Of a DNA stretch of 64,000 bases, positions 57,541 to 64,000 are shown one piece after another. The stretch is from contig JAZKFV010000022.1 in the NCBI GenBank assembly GCA_040386195.1, positions 2,974 through 66,973 on the forward strand, written 5' to 3'. This DNA is from Pseudomonadota bacterium (lineage in GTDB: Bacteria > Pseudomonadota > Alphaproteobacteria > Rickettsiales > UBA1997). The position numbers were made by a program, and so were the translations under genes. Positions within the stretch are counted from its first letter, which is position 1. Each line of letters begins with the position of its first letter. The notes below the pieces were generated by a model, which was not told where the DNA came from, searched no databases, and worked only from the letters and a program-made list of their open reading frames with translations.

Positions 57541-58455
57541 ATGACAGATAATATTGATGACGAAGATTTGGTTTTGGATATTTTTAGTGGAATTTTAGAT
57601 GAAGTTGAGTCTGACTTTGAAAATGATGATTTAAAAGAATTTCTTCTAAAACTAAAAGCTGAATCAACTTTAAAAAACTCGGTTGATAAAGATGGTAATA
57701 GTTTATTTCATCATTTGGTATGTTTTAAGCCTAGCTTTTATCTGGCATTAATAGAGCTAGGATTTGATCAAAATCTAAAAAATAAATATGGAGCTTCTCC
57801 CGAAAATTTATACACAATTTTATCTTTTGAAGATTTGGCTAAGGAATATTTGCTTGTATATTCACAGCCAGATTCAACTCGCAGCTCAAATATCTTAAAA
57901 AAAATAGAGAATTTTCAAATTAAGCCCGAGCTTTTTCTGATTGAAGATGTTGGAGGTGATAATATAGGAGAATTTGTTAAAGAATTTATTGAGACTCATC
58001 AAGACAAAATTCCAATCGCAGCAATTGTTCAAATTACAAAAGTTTTAAATGCTAAATCAAATCAGCCTGAATATTTTTGTCCCGATAATTTAAAAGCTAA
58101 AAGCAGTTTTGTTGTGGAAATTTATAACAAAATGGCTGCGTTAAGAGATGCTGGGCGAGATTTGGAAGATTTTAAGCAATGGAAAGATTGTTTCAAATTT
58201 ATTCCTGAAATGGGTGTTGATGAAAAAGGTCAGTTTGTTGATATTAACGATGAACAAAAAGAGTTTAATGAGAAGGAAATGGGTTTGGTAATTAAAATAT
58301 TTGATAATCATAATGAGGCGTTTAACTATACCAAAGAGCCGCTAGCTAAAAGACAAAAAGTTGGTAATGGTTCGCCAAATTCAGCTTTAAAAACACAATT
58401 AGGCAATTGCGTCTTGCAATTACAGGAACAACAGCATCAAAATTCAGTTGGTTAA
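57541..58455 (+). CDS. 304-aa hypothetical protein with one ankyrin-like repeat
   Basis: DKDGNSLFHHLVCFKPSFYLALIELGFDQNLKNKYGASP resembles a single ANK unit. Otherwise unknown. Confidence 0.5.
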   Translation: MTDNIDDEDLVLDIFSGILDEVESDFENDDLKEFLLKLKAESTLKNSVDKDGNSLFHHLVCFKPSFYLALIELGFDQNLKNKYGASPENLYTILSFEDLAKEYLLVYSQPDSTRSSNILKKIENFQIKPELFLIEDVGGDNIGEFVKEFIETHQDKIPIAAIVQITKVLNAKSNQPEYFCPDNLKAKSSFVVEIYNKMAALRDAGRDLEDFKQWKDCFKFIPEMGVDEKGQFVDINDEQKEFNEKEMGLVIKIFDNHNEAFNYTKEPLAKRQKVGNGSPNSALKTQLGNCVLQLQEQQHQNSVG

Positions 58456-58562
58456 TACGCAATTTTGATAAAAGAGTTTATGATCGGTTTTTAAGGGTTT
58501 ATTAATTGATAATTTGCTTTGATACTTTATATTCTAGTCATTATCAATCCGACATTAAAAAT

Positions 58563-59123
58563 ATGTTCATTCAAACCGAAAACACTCCAAATCCCGCTAC
58601 TTTAAAATTTATTCCTGAAGATGTTGAGATTGCTGGTAATAATCCAACTGAATTTAAAAATTCCAATCAAGCGCAAGGCAAATCAATTCTAGCTGAGCAA
58701 TTATTTTTAATTGCCGGAGTTGAGGCGGTGTTTTTGGGTAAGGATTTTGTTACCATCACCAAAATTGCAGAAAAAAACTGGCAAGATATTAAAACTGAAA
58801 TTTTGGCAACCATAATGGATTTTTGCCTATCAGGAAAACCAGCTTTAGCGCAAGAAAAAGCCGCAGAAAATAACGAAGAAGATAGTGAGGTTGTTAAGCA
58901 AATCAAAGAGCTGATCGAAATCAAAGTTCGCCCCGCAGTAGCAATGGACGGCGGCGATATTATTTATCGCGGTTTTGAAGATGGAATTGTTAAACTAGAA
59001 CTAAAAGGCTCCTGCTCCGGCTGCCCAAGCTCAACCATAACTTTAAAAAGTGGAATTGAAAATATGTTAAAACATTATATTCCGGAAGTTGAAGGGGTGG
59101 AAGAAGTCAGCGATAATGATTAA
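58563..59123 (+). CDS. NifU/Nfu-family Fe-S cluster assembly protein
   Basis: Start set at MFIQTENTPNPATLKF (Nfu_N). C-terminal NifU motif GSCSGCPSS. Confidence 0.88.
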   Translation: MFIQTENTPNPATLKFIPEDVEIAGNNPTEFKNSNQAQGKSILAEQLFLIAGVEAVFLGKDFVTITKIAEKNWQDIKTEILATIMDFCLSGKPALAQEKAAENNEEDSEVVKQIKELIEIKVRPAVAMDGGDIIYRGFEDGIVKLELKGSCSGCPSSTITLKSGIENMLKHYIPEVEGVEEVSDND

Positions 59124-59176
59124 TGGTTAATTATTTTTTCCTTAATTAATCATTAATCATTAACCATTAATCATTA
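59114..59176. repeat. heptamer-periodic palindromic element, copy d
   Basis: Left arm taatgattaatggttaatta (59114-59133). Right arm taattaatcattaatcattaaccattaatcatta (59143-59176) is the left arm's reverse complement plus two extra tcattaa units. It overlaps the nfu stop codon. Confidence 0.85.
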
Positions 59177-59182
59177 TTTTTC

Positions 59183-59201
59183 GCATCCGTAGCTCAACTG
59201 G
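59183..59201 (+). repeat. 19-nt direct duplicate of the tRNA-Arg 5' end (acceptor strand plus D-arm start)
   Basis: gcatccgtagctcaactgg is identical at 59183-59201 and 59343-59361. Confidence 0.9.
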
Positions 59202-59342
59202 GTTATGAGTGGTTGCACTTTTAAGTGCAATAAAATGTGAACAGCATTTTAAACGAATAACGGGCGAAGGCTGTGCCGCTCGCCCAGGCGTGAATCGTCT
59301 TCGAGCGTTAGCGAGAAAAGCGATGAAACGTTTTTTAAATTG

Positions 59343-59419
59343 GCATCCGTAGCTCAACTGGATAGAGTATTGCCCTCCGAAGGCGAAGGTTGGAGGTTCA
59401 AATCCTCTCGGATGCACCA
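59343..59419 (+). tRNA. tRNA-Arg (anticodon CCG)
   Basis: Acceptor GCATCCG/CGGATGC, D-arm GCTC..GAGT, anticodon stem TTGCC/GGCGA with loop CTCCGAA, T-arm GGAGG TTCAAAT CCTCT, encoded CCA. Confidence 0.93.
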
Positions 59420-59437
59420 AAAAAATTTATTTTTCTT

Positions 59438-60148
59438 ATGCTAATCAATGCAGCTTTTATAATTATTGGTGATGAAGTTTTATCGGGGCGCACTGCTGAT
59501 AAAAATCTTAACTTCTTGGCGCAAGAATTAACTGCGATGGGCATTAATTTAAAAGAAGTTCGAGTTGTTCCAGACGATGAGGTTGAAATCATTGCAGCGG
59601 TTAATGCTTTGCGTAAAAAATTTAATTATGTTTTCACCTCCGGAGGAATTGGGCCAACTCACGATGACATAACTTCAGCTGCAATTGCTAAAGCTTTTAA
59701 CGATGATTTGATCAAAAACAAAGAAGCTGAGCAGATTTTGATTGATTATTATGGTCAAGAAAATGTCAATGAGGCGAGGTTAAAAATGGCTTTTGTGCCT
59801 AGCCGCGCTACACTTCTTGATAATCCGGTTAGTTCAGCTCCTGGATTTATAATTGAAAATGTGATTGTGATGGCGGGAGTTCCAAAAATTATGCAAGCGA
59901 TGTTTTTTGCTGCTGCTAAAAATTTAGTTGGTGGTGATAAAATTATTTCCAAAGAAATCAAAATTAATTTAACTGAAAGTATAATTGCTAAAGATTTAAC
60001 CGATTTACAAAAAGAATTTAGCGGCGTGTCGATGGGCAGCTATCCGTTTGATGGCGGAACTGCTTTGGTTTTTAGAAGTATTGATGCGCAATTATTGGAA
60101 AAAGCAGTCGAAAAAATGACGCAAATAATTAATAATAAAACTAATTAA
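59438..60148 (+). CDS. CinA-like molybdopterin-binding (MoCF_BD) domain protein
   Basis: AAFIIIGDEVLSGRTADKN, FTSGGIGPTHDDIT. Start set at MLINAAF, because the track start 59390 lies inside the tRNA. Confidence 0.8.
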   Translation: MLINAAFIIIGDEVLSGRTADKNLNFLAQELTAMGINLKEVRVVPDDEVEIIAAVNALRKKFNYVFTSGGIGPTHDDITSAAIAKAFNDDLIKNKEAEQILIDYYGQENVNEARLKMAFVPSRATLLDNPVSSAPGFIIENVIVMAGVPKIMQAMFFAAAKNLVGGDKIISKEIKINLTESIIAKDLTDLQKEFSGVSMGSYPFDGGTALVFRSIDAQLLEKAVEKMTQIINNKTN

Positions 60149-60928
60149 ATGTCAGATTTAACTCCGCAACAAAAAGAATATAACGATTTTATCAAATCGC
60201 TGGTTGCAGATGGAAGTTATTTTAAAGATGCTCGAGATTGGTATATTTTTCGTTATGTGCAGCCAATTTGCGAAAGAACAATATTATTTTTTATCGTCAT
60301 TATCACTGGTTTTGTTACTTATATTTTAGCCGGCACCATTCTCAACTCTTTGCCAATTAAACAAGAAGTGGCGGTGATTATCAGACCCAAAGACCAATCC
60401 CGTTATTTTCCGGTGATTAAATCTCTTAAAGATTCAGTTGAGATTAAAAATATTGATCAAGCAGTTAGTAAATATTTATTAGCTCAATATGTTAAAAAAA
60501 GAGAAGGTTATGATCTGAGAAAAACCAATATCGAAGCTTTGAATAATCAGATGAATTACATCAAAAATAATTCATCAATACAGGAATATCGAGACTTTCA
60601 AAGCTTTTTAAGTAAAAACAATCCCGATAGTCCGATTATTTATTTTGGTCGTGATTTTCAAAGAATTGTTGATATTGATTCTGTTGAATTTCCGCCTAAA
60701 GAAACTGACAATCTGATTGATACAGCAAGATATTTTGTTGCCAATGACCTACCAAATAATGCCAATGTTAAATATACAATTACTACCAAAGTGAACTCGG
60801 TTGTAACTTCAACTCAGCGTTATTTGGTAAAAATTAATTTTAAATTTTCCGGAGTGAACTCAAAAAAAAGCAATAATTCTGGGTTAGATTTCACCGTTAT
60901 TTCCTACAAAATCTATAAAATAAAATGA
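60149..60928 (+). CDS. virB8: type IV secretion system protein VirB8
   Basis: Cytoplasmic N-terminus, single TM (ILFFIVIITGFVTYILAG), and a periplasmic domain with KYLLAQYVKKREGYD (compare VirB8 KYWLSQYV..RE.YD) and a terminal FTVISYKIY. Confidence 0.75.
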   Translation: MSDLTPQQKEYNDFIKSLVADGSYFKDARDWYIFRYVQPICERTILFFIVIITGFVTYILAGTILNSLPIKQEVAVIIRPKDQSRYFPVIKSLKDSVEIKNIDQAVSKYLLAQYVKKREGYDLRKTNIEALNNQMNYIKNNSSIQEYRDFQSFLSKNNPDSPIIYFGRDFQRIVDIDSVEFPPKETDNLIDTARYFVANDLPNNANVKYTITTKVNSVVTSTQRYLVKINFKFSGVNSKKSNNSGLDFTVISYKIYKIK

Positions 60929-61848
60929 AAAAATTAGTTCTCATCGTGCTATTATTTTTTGTTGCCAATGCTCAAGTTAACGCTTCGCAACTGCCAAGAT
61001 ATTTGGGTAAGGAGAAGAAATTTCGAATGTTTATTTATAATCCTTACGATGTTTATCGTTATGTTGGCAATTATAATTATCACGGCTTCATTGAGTTTCA
61101 GGGCAATGCAATAAAACAATCTGCGCCTTCTAACAACGGCACTCTAACTGACGCCAGCGTTCCAGTTGCTACTGCTGCTGAAGAAATCACCGAAGTTGCA
61201 ATTGGTAATTCTGACGCTTGGTTGTGGAAAATTTCTGATAGTAAAAATCGCCTTTATTTAAAGCCGGTTGGCGATAATGCTAACACTAATATGACTGTAA
61301 AAACCAGCTTGGGCAGAGTTTATAATTTTGAACTAATCGCCAGAACTCCAACTGGTCCAGATGATGAGAATTTAATTTTTGCGGTTAAATTTGTGTATCC
61401 TGACGATACCGATAAAAACATTTTAGAATTTCCTAAAACCCAACCGTCAGATGAGCCGGATATGAGAAATTTGAGTATTTATAATTTTAACTATGAATAT
61501 ACCGGCGAGCCAAGAATTGCGCCGTTAAAAGTTTTCGATAATGGTGAATTCACCTATTTTCAATTTGCTAGAAAAAGTGCCGAATTGCCGGCAATTTTTG
61601 CGGTTGATTCTGAAGGTTTTGAATCATTATTAAACTTCAGAATTGCTGGAGATTATGTGGTTGCCGAAAGAGTTGGTTCACAATTCACTTTAAGAAATGG
61701 CAGTGAAATTGTTTGTGTTTATAACAATAATTTATTTAAAAGCGGCAAAATAATTTCTAACGCCAAAGTCAATTCCGGCAATCCAATGATGCCGAATTAT
61801 AATGGCGCGCCGCCTTCTTCGCCAATGTCTCCAAATAAACCCAATTAA
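60925..61848 (+). CDS. virB9: type IV secretion system protein VirB9
   Basis: Signal peptide MKKLVLIVLLFFVANAQVNAS. NFNYEYTGEPRIAPLKVFDNGEFTYFQF matches the VirB9/TrbG C-terminal motif. 4-nt overlap with virB8. Confidence 0.75.
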   Translation: MKKLVLIVLLFFVANAQVNASQLPRYLGKEKKFRMFIYNPYDVYRYVGNYNYHGFIEFQGNAIKQSAPSNNGTLTDASVPVATAAEEITEVAIGNSDAWLWKISDSKNRLYLKPVGDNANTNMTVKTSLGRVYNFELIARTPTGPDDENLIFAVKFVYPDDTDKNILEFPKTQPSDEPDMRNLSIYNFNYEYTGEPRIAPLKVFDNGEFTYFQFARKSAELPAIFAVDSEGFESLLNFRIAGDYVVAERVGSQFTLRNGSEIVCVYNNNLFKSGKIISNAKVNSGNPMMPNYNGAPPSSPMSPNKPN

Positions 61849-62195
61849 TGATTATTAAAATAAAAAATTTAAAAATAGACACAATTTTGGGTGTTTATGA
61901 ATGGGAAAATAATTACCCGAGAACTTTGTTATTCAATGTTGAAATTCAAAGCAATTGCGATCAATCTATGATTAGCGACAATATCAAAGACACTATTGAT
62001 TATGATCATGTTACCAATCAAATCCGTGATTATGTTGTCAATAATCGCTGCCATTTGATTGAAAAAATGGTTGGTGAAATTTTAGATTTAATTATGCAAG
62101 ATCAAAGAATTTCCAAATGCACTTTGGAAGTTGATAAGTTAAAAGTTTATGATTTTGTTGATTCTTTCTCAGTTACTCAAACAAGGATTAGATAA
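61848..62195 (+). CDS. folB: dihydroneopterin aldolase
   Basis: IKNLKIDTILGVYEWENNYPRTLLFNVEI, DTIDYDHV, LIEKMV. 115 aa. Confidence 0.8.
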   Translation: MIIKIKNLKIDTILGVYEWENNYPRTLLFNVEIQSNCDQSMISDNIKDTIDYDHVTNQIRDYVVNNRCHLIEKMVGEILDLIMQDQRISKCTLEVDKLKVYDFVDSFSVTQTRIR

Positions 62196-62198
62196 TTT

Positions 62199-62765
62199 AT
62201 GATTCTGCTCATCGATAATTACGACAGCTTCACCTACAACCTTTACCACTATATAATTCAAGCCGGTGCGGATGATGTTTTGGTGAAAAGAAATGACCAA
62301 ATTTCAATTGCCGAAATTCAAACCTTAAATCCTAAAGCAATCGTTTTATCTCCGGGGCCTTGCTCACCAGATGAGGCGGGAATTTGTCTGCAAGTAATTG
62401 AGCAGCTAAAAGAGCAATATCCAATTTTAGGAGTTTGTCTTGGTCATCAAGCCATTGGTCAAGCCTTTGGTGGCAAGGTTATAAAAACTTATCCAATGCA
62501 TGGCAAAGTTAGTGAAATTCATCATTCCGGCAAAAGTATTTTTAAAAATATTCCATCCCCTTTCAAAGCCACGCGCTATCACTCACTAACCATTGAAAAA
62601 GAAACTTTTCCACAAGATTTAGAAATCACTGCTCACACCGAAGATGGAATTATTATGGGCGTTGCTCACAAAAAATATAACATTCACGGAGTGCAATTTC
62701 ACCCCGAATCCATTGCCTCGGAGCATGGTCATCAATTGATTAAAAATTTTATTGATTTGATATGA
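62199..62765 (+). CDS. pabA: glutamine amidotransferase of anthranilate/aminodeoxychorismate synthase
   Basis: ILLIDNYDSFTYNL, GVCLGHQ (catalytic Cys), GVQFHPES. Confidence 0.9.
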   Translation: MILLIDNYDSFTYNLYHYIIQAGADDVLVKRNDQISIAEIQTLNPKAIVLSPGPCSPDEAGICLQVIEQLKEQYPILGVCLGHQAIGQAFGGKVIKTYPMHGKVSEIHHSGKSIFKNIPSPFKATRYHSLTIEKETFPQDLEITAHTEDGIIMGVAHKKYNIHGVQFHPESIASEHGHQLIKNFIDLI

Positions 62766-63718
62766 TTAATTACGGGCAAATGTTTTCTGACATTGTCAGT
62801 GGCAAATTAAACGAAGACCAAATCAAAGAATTTCTCCTCAAATTAAATCAATCTGGCTTTTCTAAAGAAATTTTTCTTGGCGCAATTCAAGCCTTCAAAC
62901 CACTTTGCAAAAAAATCTCCGCACCAAAAAATGCTCTTGATGTTTGTGGAACTGGTGGTGATCAATTAAATACTTTGAATATTTCCACTGCTGTGGCTTT
63001 GGTGGTTGCGGGCTGCTCAGTTCCGGTTGCCAAGCACGGCAATAAAGCAATTTCTTCCAAGTCCGGTTCGGCGGATGTTTTGGTGGAGCTCGGAATTGAT
63101 ATTATGGCAGATTCTATCGAAATTGAAAAATCACTTCGCGAAAATAATTTATGTTTTATGTTCGCGCCACTTTATCATAGCTCATTCAAATCTATCGCCA
63201 AAATTCGCGCTGAAATTGGCGTTCCAACTATTTTCAATTTTTTAGGCCCACTTTTAAATCCAGCCAATACCAAATTACAATTGATTGGAACTTCTAAACA
63301 AGAAACAATGCTGCCAATGCTGGAAGCCTTGCGTGAGGCTGGAAGCGAGAAAGTTTTTATTGTTCACGGCTTAGATGGAATGGACGAAATTACCATCTCT
63401 GACAATTCTTTAATTGCCAAATTAGAAGATGGAAAAATTAGCGATTTACAAACTATCAATCCCGAAGATTACGGAATTAAAAAATCGCCATTAGACTCAA
63501 TCAAAGGCGGCGATGCTAAATATAATGCAGCAAAAATTTTGGCGCTTTTAGATGGAGAAAAATCTGCTTACCGCGATATTGTCGTGCTTAATTCCGCTTT
63601 TGCTTTGATGGTGGCAAACCAAGTAAAATCAGCGCAAGAAGGAATATTGATGGCAAAAAATTCAATTGAAAATGGTAAAGCAAAAAAAGTTTTAAAACAA
63701 TTAAGGAGAAAATTATGA
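62762..63718 (+). CDS. trpD: anthranilate phosphoribosyltransferase family protein
   Basis: DVCGTGGD, NISTAVALVVAGCSVPVAKHGNKAISSKSGSADVL, GPLLNP. Confidence 0.8.
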   Translation: MINYGQMFSDIVSGKLNEDQIKEFLLKLNQSGFSKEIFLGAIQAFKPLCKKISAPKNALDVCGTGGDQLNTLNISTAVALVVAGCSVPVAKHGNKAISSKSGSADVLVELGIDIMADSIEIEKSLRENNLCFMFAPLYHSSFKSIAKIRAEIGVPTIFNFLGPLLNPANTKLQLIGTSKQETMLPMLEALREAGSEKVFIVHGLDGMDEITISDNSLIAKLEDGKISDLQTINPEDYGIKKSPLDSIKGGDAKYNAAKILALLDGEKSAYRDIVVLNSAFALMVANQVKSAQEGILMAKNSIENGKAKKVLKQLRRKL

Positions 63719-64000
63719 AAGATTCTTTAAATCAAAACTATGTGTGGGAAACTACGGGCGATGAAAGTAATCCGATTGTAGCCTTTATTGCGCCATCTAA
63801 TTTATTGCCGCAATGGATCATTAAAAAACGCATTGAATCATTAGTTGATCAAGACTTCTGCGTTAAATATCCCAAATATGATCAACATTTATTAGCGCCG
63901 GAAACCTTGCCTGAGAGACCAAAATCCGGACAAGAAAGATTTGGCGACGGGGTTCAAAGTCCGGCTGTTTCTGCGCAAGATGGCGCAAGACAATTTATTG
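63715..64000 (+). CDS. hypothetical protein, N-terminal fragment (runs off the right edge)
   Basis: ATG at 63715 overlaps the trpD stop (ATGA) and follows AAGGAG. It is open for 95 codons to the window end (MKDSLNQNYVWETTGDE...). Not TrpC-like. Confidence 0.4.
   Translation, partial: MKDSLNQNYVWETTGDESNPIVAFIAPSNLLPQWIIKKRIESLVDQDFCVKYPKYDQHLLAPETLPERPKSGQERFGDGVQSPAVSAQDGARQFI

Noticed and set aside
59183-59342. Second tRNA gene, an intron-containing tRNA (group I intron), or a two-piece tmRNA upstream of tRNA-Arg.
   Set aside because: The downstream tRNA is complete on its own, so no splicing is needed. The upstream copy has only the acceptor 5' strand and a D-arm-like part, with no T-arm or 3' acceptor strand. 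The putative anticodon stem would carry a 6- or 8-nt loop. No tmRNA-like GGGG..G-U acceptor, tag reading frame or group I core elements were recognised.
59160-59420. 86-aa minus-strand ORF across the tRNA-Arg region.
   Set aside because: Its N-terminus ([23 protein letters not shown]) is the classic translation of a tRNA gene's complement. The rest reads through the repeat element (..KIMING).
1-64000. Search for transposases, integrases, phage genes, rRNA genes and riboswitch-like leaders.
   Set aside because: None of the ORF translations show DDE/transposase, tyrosine- or serine-recombinase, or phage structural motifs. No rRNA-like sequence is present. No leader was long and structured enough to call a riboswitch by eye. 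The mobility scars reported (pepF and tRNA-Arg duplications) therefore lack an associated recombinase in this window.

Overview
This is a visibly AT-rich, very gene-dense bacterial chromosome segment. Most spacers are under 100 nt and many stop/start codons overlap. I saw no transposase, integrase, rRNA gene or CRISPR array.

Several signatures suggest a host-associated or intracellular alphaproteobacterium (Rickettsiales/Holosporales-like). This placement is inference only. The signatures are a PopZ (DUF2497) homologue, a short alpha-type Psd, a solitary tRNA-Ile(GAU), an isolated virB8-virB9 pair, and giant ankyrin or all-helical ORFs.

The housekeeping backbone is murF-mraY, cimA, ftsH, nusA-infB, nusB-rimM-trmD, tsaB, pepF, an RNA methyltransferase, psd, ribF, rplU-rpmA, xth, tsaE, uvrA, nfu and folB-pabA/trpG-trpD.

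Accessory content is interleaved with it:
- **Left block (1-8504):** a PIN toxin fragment, a GxSxG ORF, a frameshifted LDH/MDH-like gene, a Cache hybrid histidine kinase, and a 1003-aa flavoprotein carrying a Cache-like module.
- **Giant ORFs (15976-22914):** two divergent candidate effectors, one with ankyrin repeats plus a kinase-like catalytic loop.
- **PARG/macrodomain-like protein:** 563 aa, directly upstream of nusA.
- **Orphan 558-aa gene:** bracketed by a duplicated pepF 3' end.
- **Others:** dinD, and higBA translationally coupled to tsaE.

The best candidate for an undescribed system is a LysR / KamA-family radical-SAM aminomutase / GNAT cassette (51899-55637). The aminomutase is fused to an adrenodoxin-type [2Fe-2S] ferredoxin.

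At the DNA level there is a recurrent family of heptamer-periodic palindromic elements (TAATGAT/TAATGGT units, 4 copies) that overlap gene ends. There is also a distinct (GTCGTAA)n 32-bp inverted repeat, and a 19-nt duplication of the tRNA-Arg 5' end bracketing a structured GC-richer spacer.

All functional calls come from reading motifs by eye. No database search was possible.
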